Below, in pieces: positions 1-13,500 of a DNA stretch of 64,000 nt (within the stretch, counting starts at the first letter, position 1; every line of letters starts with the position of its first letter). Source of the DNA: Pecten maximus (taxonomy: Eukaryota); assembly GCF_902652985.1 (NCBI RefSeq), contig NC_047019.1:35464001-35528000 (forward strand), written 5' to 3'. The translations under genes and the position numbers were made by a program. The notes below the pieces were generated by a model that saw nothing but the letters and a program-made list of their open reading frames with translations, was not told the origin of the DNA and ran no database searches.

Positions 1-1195
1 GACAGCACATTCATATAATAAAGTTACCATACCTTCATTCACACTCGCATACAAAAACATTTTCACGTTAGTTATTTGAGACTTAAAATAAATTATTTAA
101 CAGGGTTGTTTTAACTTACAAATAGTAACTTTTTTCTTTATAGTGTCCACGCAATATATTTCACATAAAAAATATCTCCAAGTTTCTAAGAAATAAACAT
201 TAAAGACATAGAGTGACAGAACTTTAAATATAGATCCGTTTCCACCGGGAGCATTTTCTATTCAGAATCAACAGAAAATTTGGCAAGAGCTCACCAACAA
301 TTCATACGACAAAGTACTGACACCGATTTATCCAGGGGGATTGTGTTGTCAAAAACAAAATATACAGCTCAATCAAGTTATACCATCATGACACTTAATT
401 TTTTCCACTTCTTTTAAATACATTACAACCTGTTGAACATTGGAGTATCTTTAACTAAACCTTCATTTTGAAATAACAAAAGAAATACTAATCAAAAGAT
501 GTTCAACATTTTACATACAAATCACACATCTTTCTGATGTTATAACATGCATATTATTATGTACATGAATTAAGTGTCAATATTGATTGAGGCCTGTTTC
601 CTTGCAAACTTTGTTGCAAAAGCACAAAGATATTTGGTGCTTATGTTACACGAACATGATGTAATTCCCGATGTCAACCCTATTATCCTAAAGCAACTGT
701 TATTAATTACAGGATTGTTTCTTCTTTGTTCTTTTATGATAATTAAGGTCATGACCCCTTCACTAGTTCATGCAAACATGCAATATATGCTTGAAAATCC
801 ACAATATATATTACCTCTGAAGCCAATACATCCGAAAAGATATAGCTTTTAGCACGAGTTGACATACAGCTGAGGTTTGTTACACAACATACATTTGCAA
901 CATGTCAGCTCGCATGGACTATAGAAGGGGTCAAATACATCTCATTCCATATACAACTTATTCTTAAAACATAAATATATGCAATAATATCAATTCATTT
1001 TCATTATTTTCCAGGGAAACTCCTGAACCCCTTTATATATATATCTAAAAAAATCTGTTAAAATCATAATGCATTACTGTACAAGTTATTAATATTTTAA
1101 ATGTAAAACCAAATTTCTGTACAATATTATTATTTACAAATCAAATAACTGGTGCCATAACTTAATTAGTCACATCAAAGTGAAGCAGCAGATAG

Positions 1196-2857
1196 AACAA
1201 GAGATCCCAGAGGGATCTTGGCGCCCACCATTGAATGATCTTCATAGGTTCCATGTCAGATTGATCTTTTCTCTACTTTTCCCTTCATTTTACTAATCTG
1301 TGCAAATTGAGACATCTCTCCAGTACTTTCCAAACAAGGGAATCCTAGCTATATAAGAAATTTGAGATTTAACGATAATGGCTGTTTGTTTGCAGGTTGT
1401 TTTCAGGACAGACTGGTCCGACAATGCAATACAAGGGACATAGGGGAACCTACTTATGAAATTTGAGAAAGATCCATTCAGTACTTTGAGAAATAGAGAT
1501 AACAAACTTCAATTGTCAAAATCCAAGATGGCGGTCTGTCGGCCATATTGTTTTCCAATTGATCTCAAAATGCAATAAGCATAACTAGGCACCAAGGGGA
1601 ACCTCCATATGAAATTTCAGAAAGATCCCTTCAGCACTTTCTCAGAAATAGTAATAACAAACTTTAATTGTCAAAATCCAAGATGGCTGCCTGTCGGCCA
1701 TGTTATTTTCAGAATGGTCTCAAAATGCAATATGCATGACTAGGCACTAAGGGAAACTTACATATGAAATTTGAGAAAGATCCCTCAAATACTTTCTCAG
1801 AAATAGCGATAACAAACTTCAATTGTCAAAATCCAAGATGGCTGCCTGTCGGCCATGTTGTTTTCCGATTGGTCTCAAAACGCAATATGCATAACTAGGC
1901 ACCAAGGGGAACCTTCATATGAAATTTGAGAAAGATCCCTTCAGTACTTTCTCAGAAATAGCGATAACAAACTTCAATTGTCAAAATCCAAGATGGCTGC
2001 CTGTCGGCCATGTTGTTTTCCGATTGGTCTCAAATCGCAATATGCATAACTAGGCACCAAGGGGAACCTTCATATGAAATTTGAGAAAGATCCCTTCAGT
2101 ACTTTCTCAGAAATAGCGATAACAAACTTCAATTGTCAAAATCCAAGATGGCTGCCTGTCGGCCATGTTGTTTTCCGATTGGTCTCAAATCGCAATATGC
2201 ATAACTAGGCACCAAGGGAAACCTACATATGAAATTTGAGAAATATCCCTTCAGTACTTTCTCAGAAATAGCGATAACAAACTTCAATGGTCAAAATCCA
2301 AGATGGCTGCCTGTCGGCCATGTTGTTTTCCGATTGGTCTCAAAACGCAATATGCATAACTAGGCACCAAGGGGAACCTACATATGAAATTTGAGAAATA
2401 TCCCTTCAGTACTTTCTCAGAAATAGCGATAACAAACTTCAATTGTCAAAATCCAAGATGGCTGCCTGTTGGCCATGTTGTTTTCCGATTGGTCTCAAAT
2501 CGCAATATGCATAACTAGGCACCAAGGGAAACCTACATATGAAATTTGAGAAATATCCCTTCAGTACTTTCTCAGAAATAGCGATAACAAACTTCAATGG
2601 TCAAAATCCAAGATGGCTGCCTGTCGGCCATGTTGTTTTCCGATTGGTCTCAAAACGCAATATGCATAACTAGGCACCAAGGGGAACCTTCATATGAAAT
2701 TTGAGAAAGATCCCTTCAGTACTTTCTCAGAAATAGCGATAACAAGAATTGTTTACGGACGGACGGACGGACGGACGGAGGGACGGACGGACGGACGACG
2801 GACCACGGACGCAGGGCGATTTGAATAGCCCACCATCTGATGATGGTGGGCTAAAAA
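1196..2857 (-). mobile_element. Non-autonomous Helentron-type element (HINE/DINE-1/pearl-like), copy 1, with internal 155-bp tandem array
   Basis: Read on the - strand it shows a T-run, a 12-bp hairpin TAGCCCACCATC-atca-GATGGTGGGCTA, a (GTCC)n microsatellite (about 2755-2800), about 9 units of 155 bp (phase marks 1496, 1651, 1806, 1961, 2116, 2271, 2426, 2581, 2736), a subterminal TGGTGGGC, and a 3' palindrome AGATCCC-tct-GGGATCT then CTTGTT. It is a reverse-complement copy of 44637-46563. The family assignment comes from the known HINE architecture. Confidence 0.85.
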
Positions 2858-5800
2858 GAGGAAATAGAAAGAAAAATTGTTTGATCCTGTATACACAGGT
2901 AGCAATTAGAAAGCTTCTGGCCAACAACATGCTTGTTTTTACTGATTTGGTAAAGGACTTGAGGTTAATACATGCAGGCTTCCTTGATAATAGACCGAAG
3001 TTGTGGAGATCACCACTTTCACTTCTCAAGATATAGAATATTTGCTAACTTGAGAGCCGATAGAAAATAGAAAAACATTTTAACATGTTACAGATTTCCA
3101 TGTAGCATGTAATTATGAAAAATAATTATTTCTGAAATTGGACCGAGTCACAAATCTAAATCTACAGTACTTTCAATTGCAGACACACATTCACATTTGG
3201 AGGCTGAAAATAAATGACAATGTTGGAACAATTACAAATGCACATGAATTTTCCATTCACAATAAGATCCACAACACCTGAACAGAAGTTTAACCCTTGC
3301 AACATCCACAATGGCTACATAGTCACACTCAGGTACACTTACATCTATTTAGTTTTTCTTTGCTCATAGATATTTCTTCGCAAAAATGTATATATTAGAA
3401 TACTCGGGTCATACCCGTTACAATCTTCAGAATATCTGTGCAATTTGTTTTTATCGATAAGAAAAAAGCACACAGGTGTTTCACAATCCGATAATAGCAC
3501 AGGACAACACAGAACAGCAATGTATCATATCAAAGTAATGTTAGTTTAATACTGCATTAAGAAATTATTTCTTTACACAATATTGAAACTAACAAAACGT
3601 GGAACATCCAGCACCGCACTGTTTAAATTATTGTGTGTAACTTTTGCCACCAATGTGAAATGATATGCTTATTACAGGTCACAAATGGAAAATGGGTGAC
3701 TAGTCAATGGCAAATGCTTAAAAAACCTGATGTGCAATGAAGGCTATTGCTATCATAATATAAAATACTAGTAGCGGTTTGGCTAGTTCAGCACGCAACA
3801 TTTTCCTTTCTCATGATTAGATATATTCATTCCTTTTCACAAATCTATCAATATAAAAGTACAAAAACACTCAAAATCACTTGCATTGTATGTAAAAAAA
3901 AAAAAAAAACTTTTAAAAATTCATCATGCATCTTTCAATATTTATTATAATCAAATAAAAATGATGAGCATTTTTGGCAGTAACTGCATGAGAAATTATC
4001 CTACTACTATGGTTAATTTTAATGCAAGGTGAATGGTTTACAACCAAGTTTGTGATTCAGGGAATATCTGGACTTAATAAAAACAAAAACAAAATAATTA
4101 TGATGCTTTATAAAGCATGGATGAGTCTGAACTTGACAGTATAACACCATGTGATATATATCTATCATACACTACTAGTGGTGTTGCATGAATATATACT
4201 GGAACAAATTTAGAGTGTGAACCTTGCAAAAAGTACAAATTGACCAATTATTGAACATTATCTAGCACAACATACAATTAATTGCTACAGAATTCACACT
4301 GACCATATTAATCATAAAATAAAATATTTTTGGTAAAAAAAAATGTTGAAGTTGCAGGTGATATTGGGAATGACAAAGCATTAGGTACACACAAGTTCAA
4401 AAGCTTGCATTACCATCGAAAGCACCCTAACTTGACTACACCAAGTTTCTTGCATAACCCTTAAAAGCACCCTATCTTAACTATACCATTTGTACAGAAA
4501 ACAAAATTAAATTATGATGATGAGAAATCAAGAAGAAAGAAATTCTATTATGCAAAATCCTGGGACATGTCTTGTCAAAACTATTCAGATGTAGTAAGCA
4601 CAGTAAATAAGTTTCTATCCTGAATAATGTCCTTTAGTGGAAGAAGATGAACAGATGTGTAGTAGGCTATCACTTCTAGAAGCAGAACAAATCTAAGGAC
4701 TGGGAATGTGCAGTGGGAGTGGAGAAGACATTGTCAGTAGGGAGCTGTATTGTGATGGTCACAGACCATCAGAGACACTGTGATCCACCCATTGTGATAA
4801 TAACCCAGTAACACAGAACTAGGTCAGGCACAGGCTGATCCCAACCTCTCAATAACCACCACATTTAAATGTATAAAAATAGTGCTTTTAAATCTGACAA
4901 GTTTATGTTTAAAGAATAGTACTTGAAATATCATTTTGTTAGATTGATCCCCCCCCCCCCCCCTTTTTTTGTATATACAATTTCTTCAATCCCTGCCTCA
5001 TTGCAAAAGAGTTTTTCCATTTTCTAAAACCAAAGCTTAAATTATGCATGACAATTCTTCAATTAGGAATGTCAGGCCTGAAGTGAAACAAAATCCAGAT
5101 AGGTTCAGAGAAGGTAACGGCCTCATCTAATGGAGTCTAGTGAAATATGATAAGCTTACTTTGAAAAAAGAAAGTCTGCAGATTTGATCCATATCAAAAC
5201 CTGGCCCAAGAACTAGGTCACATCAGAGTTGCAACCGAGAACCATTAAATCTCTGACATATATATATACATGTACAAACTCCCCTTTCTTTGCCAGTAAA
5301 GGATCACATGATGAACCCTGTAAACACCATCCCCCTCTTCACCCTCACAAGGAGCAGGCTTTCTTATCAGACCTAAACCTTCCCTTTGCACAAACAGCAG
5401 CTTCACATTTCAAGTTTATTTTCAAAGCATCATCCACCTTTCATTTATCAGAGAACAAAGCTCATCAAATTTGTACAAATTTATACTACATCACTGATCA
5501 AAACTGTTTCTGTTAAAATTTCTAATTAAGAAAACACTACAACAGGTGCATCGTTCCTGATCAATCTGGCAAGCTTTCTTTGAAATGACAGAAAATGGCA
5601 TGATATGGCTTCTTGTACATACAGAATAATGATCCAGTCCATTGTAGAGGAATATTAACACTGAAATATGTGAATTTGAATTCTTTGGTTGACGCATGCG
5701 CATGCAGAGAATATTGCACATGTCTGAGGTAGCAATCTATAATCAATTAAGCAGAATTTCTTGCAAGCACTGAATGTTCAATATTTCCTTTTCACTTGAA

Positions 5801-7591
5801 AAACAAATTTTAAGACATTACAATAACTCATTTTAACATCAAACCAACCCTTAAGTCCCTATTAGCCACCAAAGAATTACTGTTCAACATTAATGGGGCA
5901 TGTAGAGGTCTAAAGAGCATTACCTGGCTTTACATCAAAATATATTCCAACTTTTTGGGGGATATGAACATGTGTGCTAATACACGAAATGAAAACAGTG
6001 CACAAACATCCTATAATTTTCAACAAACCAACAACTTTAATATAACTTCTATAAATAAATTCTTCCCTGATTCAAAACAGATCTGGAGAACTGATTAAAA
6101 AAATTAAATTTTTTGTTTTCAATTTCAGATATTAACAAATGGAATATCTTTCCTCAAATTGAATGAGCAATTTGAGCAGATTTTATCCTAGGAGGAGTGT
6201 ATTTTGTCTGCGAGGGGACCATAACACAGCTTTTTTTTCAAAAATAAAAGATATGTAAATAAATAAAAATATCTTGCATTGTGTTTACATCAACTGCATG
6301 ATTTTCAGGCAGTTGCAGTCAGGAAATGTTAGTGATAAGTATGTAAATGTGTTGGAAGACTCAGTAGGAGACGATTCTACACTGCTATGTTTACAGGATA
6401 AGGCCAACACACAGGGACATGGCTAGACTCAATACAGAATTCTATTATTTTTTGTGCGTATGTATCAGTGAAGCAGGACAGCTGAATAGTTTTAGAGTGA
6501 CACAGTCCTCATGTATAAATCACATGTTTTGGTCACGTCCTCCAAACTACACAACCCTCACTCAGTAAATCATGAAAGGCCAACAGATATCTTTTCTCCA
6601 ACATCCAAACCCTCTAGGCTTTTAATTTGATGAGAAAGCATGGGGTTTTTCAGGGACCTCAAGTTTTGATGTAAGAACTTGTGCAAGTGTTGTTGGTCTG
6701 TTGTGGAGTCCTGCACTCTATACACAGCCGAGAAATGATGCACCAACCCATCATGCCCTGTACAGGGCCCTATAGTCCCACTACAGGACACATGTGATAC
6801 CACTAACCATCCCCAAGGGATGAGCAGTAACAGAGACCCACTAGTCTTATCTGTAGCTGGTGTGCTGTCCTCTGCTGCTGCTACAGTAGCAGTGTAAATA
6901 TATATTTTTATTTTCTCTCTCCCACGCTCTCTCTCTCTGTTGCATACCACTTTAGTGTTCCTAGCTCTCATCAGCTTCAGCAGGTGTGCTTATTACTGCC
7001 TTCAAGTGTTCCACATAAATAATCTCCCAAAACACAAAATCAGATTAACTGGTTCTCCCAAAACACAAATTTGAGATTAACTTTTCAGAGATCAATTGAA
7101 TAGTTCTTTTCTTTTTTTTCCTATTACATGTTTTATATAAAATAACGGAGAAGACATTGTTTGGGGAAAAAAAAGAACATAAAAAAATCTTTGTATTTTT
7201 GGACTTGGCTTCACATGAGAGAGTTGTTTTCTCTCACTACCAAGTCCTGACTAGACTTTACAGTTGGTGTGTAATACAGTCATACACCTGTGTTAATGCA
7301 GATCTGCTATTTATAGCACTTGAATCTTACCTTGGCAAGATATAAATAATTACACTGAACTTTGTAGATGTAGGCCCACTCACAAGCTACATCTGAAGTA
7401 CACAGTAGTTAATGTCACTTGTATGGAAGAAAGGTATAAATTCCTGGGCAAATTGTATTGGGTATTGCAAGTTTGGCAGAGCTCACAACACATTGATTCA
7501 AATAAATAAAGGAATTGTGGGAATAATGTCTCTTTTCTGATGAGAACTGGTTTGTTTTTTTCATAATGAAACGTTGAGATGATATTTTGAA

Positions 7592-10500
7592 CTAGCACTC
7601 CATGGCTAGAGGTGGTGGCGTGGGAAATGCACTGAGAGCTGTGTCTGTACATGGAAATGAGGATAGAGGTATTGTAGTAGCGGTTCCGCTGTCAGGTAAA
7701 CTGTCTGTATCAACACAATTTGTGTCCAAGAACTCGGAGTCTCCATCTCCATACCCACTGTTACTACTGGAGTTACTCTCAGTCTCATCAGTAGACTGAG
7801 AACGGTGGATCTTTGAGCTGGGAGTCTGGACGTCTTTGCGGCAGCTAAGACAGGGCTGTAACAACTGGGGATCCACCAACACTTCCCCATTCAGTCCTTT
7901 GAATATAGTTCCACAACACACCTGAGTTCTGAAAGTAAACCAAAAACATTGATAACAATCCATGTAGAAATCAAAATCCTTTAAGTTTGGTGTTAAGCTT
8001 AAGACATCTAACACCAATAATTCCTCTATGTACTTCTCATAAGAGATTTATCAGGAATCAAGGCCTTTCTTTAATACCCGAATTATAATCAATTAACATT
8101 AGCTTATAGAGTATATATACATCAAGTTATTGGAGGATTATCAGATTTGCTGGCACTTGGTGTTATGTAACTATAACTTTCCAGCCAAAAGTTAAATACT
8201 CCAGGTGAGCCAAACTCAACACTTGAACTTACTTTTTCCAGTAGCTGAGATCTAGGAATGAGCTGATTCTAGGATCACTCTGTTTGCGCTTGTGCTTTGA
8301 TGGTCGATCCATGTGGGCTGTACTTTCATCTATGTCTGAATCGTCACTATCACTCCCTCCAAACACATCCTTGTCACAACTATCTTCATTCACTTCATAG
8401 AGTAAAATCATAAATCATGTTACAGTGTATCAGAAAATTCAAATTTATTTTTTTTTAATTCAAAAATTGTGTAAGGCATGAAACATGAAGTAGGTAGTGC
8501 AAGTTACCACTATATGTATTTAAAATACTTTGTAATAATTGCATGTAAAAACAGTAATAACCTTCATTCGTATACATGTATACATTAATATAAAAATGTC
8601 TGGGTCATTAAATTCCTTAGATGATATGATGATTCATCATGCAGAAGTCTAGATATTTATTTCCTGGTTACTGTGTATATAATCTAGCTCTCTATAAAAT
8701 GCCTTTGTACATAACTACACATGCATACTGTACTGGTGTTTGGACATCTGTTGTTAATTCTATTTCCAAGCCATTTCAATATAGAAACTAGAGACTATGT
8801 ACCTCTATTATACAATTATTCATTTCTGATGTTTCTGTCTTTCCTTCCTAAAAACTATCAGTTTTTATTTCTAGTTACCAGTATTGGTTGTATATGCTAG
8901 GACAAAGAACCCCACCTTCTGACAGAGATGGATATTGGATTAAAAACACTGTACACATGACATTTGACATACCTTATATTTCAAGAATTCAGGTGTATAA
9001 TGTAAACAAAAGAAGACATGAAAAACGGTAATGTGCACAGAAAATTTGTCATTTGTATAACATATACTGGTACACAAACACATGTATAGAGTATGTGATG
9101 TACATTAGGGACACAAGCTTGTGTAGTACAATTATAGTCACAAACTTAAAATTTCCGATAACGTTTTGTGTCAAGTTCATAGGGCAAAACTTCAAATAAT
9201 ATGTAGATTTACAACCATAATGCAAGGGTCATGACAAGGGTGAGATATTTATGAGCACAATAATGATACTGATAATTATTCTTTAACCCTGAAAACAATA
9301 ACTTAAGTACTAAAACTATCCATGGCATAACAACTTTCCATCATGACAGTAATAGTCTAAATAACAACTTCTTTTACACATATTTTACAAATGGACAGTA
9401 TGGTCAGCTAAGGCAGGCAAAGACATGTTAAAATAAATTGGGCCTTGATGAGTCAACATTCCCAGCAAGCCCCAACGCCACCCAGACTGACCTGTGATGA
9501 CCGACCCAGAGCCCATGCCAAGTTTAGAGTGATATGACCTAGGGACAATCTGGTACTGGCCTGCCAGGGCTAATAGAGCAGATAAAATTATATCCCTCAA
9601 CAGATATGGGGCAGGCAGGAACCCCTCTGACATACAGCTGTAGCAATAACCAGGCAACTTATGATGAATGTGTATGCATTGGTGAAAGATGATATTTGGA
9701 GAGATTTTTATCTCTGGAGTTGAATCTATAAACACCATATATGGTAGATACCAATTACAAGCAGGGGGTGTGTATTGAGGAGGAACAAACAGAGCAGCTA
9801 GAAATGTAGAGCAGATGTGGTACTATACAGCATGTTATCAAACCCCGAGAGGTTTACAATTACATTCCTTAGTAGATATGGGGAGCTTGGTACCACCATA
9901 CCTATTGGTAAGGTTCCTAGGATAGACAGGGTATTGGGTTACTCTCCAATGACCCATCTACTAACTGCTCTTAATTAACATTACTAATCACTAAAATCCT
10001 GCACAGCTTGCATCTTTCCCCATATACCAAACCCTATGTACAATTTCAATATGGCCTCCACAGGAATTTTGCCTAGCTCCAGTTTACAAATCTTCTGCAT
10101 CTAATCTAACCTACATCAAAAAATATTGTTTTCATTAGGGACCTATAGATAGAGGATAGCAGGATGTTACATTAAAAGAAGGATGGCATCCAACAGATGA
10201 ATTGCAGGAATTTTATTGTAAACATATAAGTTTTATGTCAATTTTCCTTCAAACGAGATTACCTGATAAATCATCAAAATAGCCCCGGGGACTTGGAATG
10301 GCATAGGACTTTTTGGTTTTCAGTGGAGACTTGTATTTGTTGTTTGTTGGACTTTTGCTTTTTATCTTGAGCGTTGATTTGATTCCTGGTCCAGCCCTAG
10401 CATCAACAACCTGAAAAGGACAAAGTAACGGATGACATCAGATTATATGTAATGCAGGAAGTAGCATATAATAGTTCACAGATATACAGCTAATAAATAA

Positions 10501-13500
10501 GATAAAATATATCAAGTACCTTTGGATCAATATTTAAACAAAACTTAAATCATATGGCCTGAAATAGATCAGTGATATCAGCACTATTTTTATTTATACC
10601 AGGAATGTACCCTTTACAAACCCAAAATAGATATCTACATCATGTTTAAACATACGTCAAGATAATGGCTTTATCTAAACATTATCCTTCAACAAATCAA
10701 TGAAATTCAGTTATTCAGACAACATATAAAAGTTGGGCTGCTTTAGAAACTGATACACCTGCAAGTTCTTGGAAATTACCAGATATCAACTTTGAACTGG
10801 TAATAAAGTGGTGTGCACATGTAGTACACATGTACAATGTAATTCCCTGGTAGAAGTGAAACGCTTCGCTACACATTTACAGCGCAGCCCAGACACCCAC
10901 TGACCCAGATTCTGCCAGTTTCTAGCACAGTTTATTCTGTTTTTTTTTTTTTTTTAATTGAGCAATGAGGGGTCTGATGTAACAAGTGGGGTTCAGTTCA
11001 AGTGAATTGTTAGCCTATGTCATCCAATTAGCACAAAGGTTTTAGCTAAATATTCAGTATAGTGCCTTTATACACACAAGAGTTTTGTTTTTGTAGTGAG
11101 TAATAGGCCAACAATAATGTAACTGTGTACTTGGGTGTGGTATTATGACTAACTCAATTTAGTGGGATACCCTAGATATACATAGCAGTAAGAAACTTGT
11201 CACATAACCATACAGAGATACGATGTCTGCTTCAACCATCATGATCACAAAATAACTATTAGTGATAGTTGATGTTTCTAATAGGTGTTTGCATCTATCA
11301 TACATTTGAATCTATTAATGAGGAAAAACAAAAATCCCATTGAAAATAATTAATTTCTCCTGATTTGTCTAAATTGAAGGCTTAACAATTACCCCATAAA
11401 AGAAAGCATGACCATTTGTAATTTCCATATTTTCCTTACAAGTTACACTGCTGTAAATCTCATTTACTCCAAAAAATGGGTGATGTATTAGTTTCATGTT
11501 AAACTGTAAAGATGCATTGTTTTAATTAAATGTAATAAATTTGAGAATTAGTGGATTCTTCGAACAATTAATGTTGTCAAATGTCTTGTGGCCATTTCTT
11601 ATAAAAAAACACACCCATAAATCTTTCGCTTAAAAACATTTTGTCCTCAACTGTATTTGTTGTTCAATAATTGTGTCGGGTCTGGAAATAAATATGATTT
11701 ATCTGAAAACAGGAAACATACAGCTTGTGTTTTGTTCCGAGTTCATTTACTGAATGAACAAACAGACCCCAGCAAGTGTTTTGTACAGGGGTATTTATCC
11801 AGCATACAAAGTGGCTATCATATGAGTTAGCACTGATGGCTTTTCCATCACAGAGGTGTGCTACAGCCTAACATTTCAAAATCCTGGGCGAGTTGATGAA
11901 AGGAAGTTGTACAATATGTGTAATAGTGGTAGTGTGTACAGTAGACAATCAATGACTACAGCCAGCACACAACACATCCACCAGTACCAGCATAATGCTG
12001 TACTGGCAAGGAAATCAATTCTCTCTAATAGCCTTCAGCGAAATTTAATAATGATTCCAATGATATTTTTCTACTTCAAAATAAACATGATTATCAGTTG
12101 TGTTAGTAAGCAGCTTAAATGTAGCTAGTCCTTTTAGTAGACTACAGCTTGATATGTCAAAAATGTATATACTGTATATGAAAAAAAAAAATCTTCATGG
12201 ACAAAAAATTTCACCTGCATCCCTATGATACCCTCAGTTAGAAAACATTCTGTTTTCTTTTTAATTCAATGGTGCCTTCTTAAACAAGACTCAAGAATCA
12301 ATGTAAAGTGAGTACTTTTACTATAGTATTTTCATCACTTCTGGCATTAGCAAAACTGGTTACATGGGTTTGAGACAGTTCACTTAATTATGTATGGAAT
12401 GAAAATATTTGTGTCTCTTTTATGTCAGCACTTTAAAATTCCTTTGAAATAACTTGAGCATTTACTGGCCTATGACTGCCATGTGTGTATTTTAAACCTC
12501 TAGCCTACAGGTCAAGTGTTATTGATTTCAAAAGAAAGGTCAGTGAGAGGGTCAACCTGACAACCTTTATTAGCCCTAACCAGAGTGAAAGCCTTGAGCA
12601 AACCTATTATTCAACATATTACTGTCAAAGGGTCAGAATAAGCCCTACCTAGTTTTACAGTGCCCTGTGGCAATGACTTAATCTATTATTCAAGGACACA
12701 AAAGGTTTTTTAGTGGGCCATTCTAAAAATATTTCAAGAGTAGAAAGGGGGGAAATTCTTTGAATTATGCAAAGCAATGATATGGTTATGACTAAAGCAA
12801 TCTGTTTTATTCATAATATCTAAAAATTGACAGCATCATAGATTATATTTGACAAAGATCTTAAGAAAAACAAATGCTTTGAACTATTTTTGTGGAAATA
12901 AATAGCCCAAGGATTAAGCTATATCTAGCATAATTAGAAATACAACATGACAGTTTCATTGTCAGATTCTATATCATATTTGTGGCAGAGGTCATTACTG
13001 ATATTAGACTTGATTGATAGATCATGACTTGAAGGGATCATACCAGGTATTATGCGGTATACCACCATCACCATGCATTAATTTTATTTATAATACAATA
13101 AGGGCATCAGTTCATTGTTGAATAGGTAACAATAGCAGTTGCCAATAGGGATCTATATGTTAGGCAGGATACTTCAATTATCATCCATCTTGCATATGTC
13201 ACCTGTCACTTTCTTGACTGGTGACCACTGACCAGTTACCCTACAGGGGAAATACCAAGGGAAATATTTAACCAATAACCCAAACTACTAAAACTCAATA
13301 TAACAGTGCTCAGAAAACAATATTGACAAACCTTTCTTATCATTAATATCTACTATATTGTCAGAGTTTGGGTTACACTGGAAGTCCGCGGGGAAGCAAA
13401 TGAATCTCATTAACTGTATGCTTGTACTTGTCTTAATTACACTGATGGTGTGTGTATTGTATTTGACATGAACATGCCATGTGTTCTGTGTATTGGATAC

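Noticed and set aside
2727-3036. ORFs with TDGR/PSVR repeats (and HINE-derived ORFs at 1293-1505 and 45650-46112)
   Set aside because: These are translations of the (GGAC)n microsatellite and the 155-bp units of a non-coding element.
6570-6971. 133-aa ORF downstream of SINHCAF
   Set aside because: It crosses a (CT)n/AT microsatellite and has no motif; probably 3' UTR.
9385-9738. 117-aa intronic ORF or possible extra SINHCAF exon
   Set aside because: The flanking exons already join in phase, and there are no convincing splice sites or homology.
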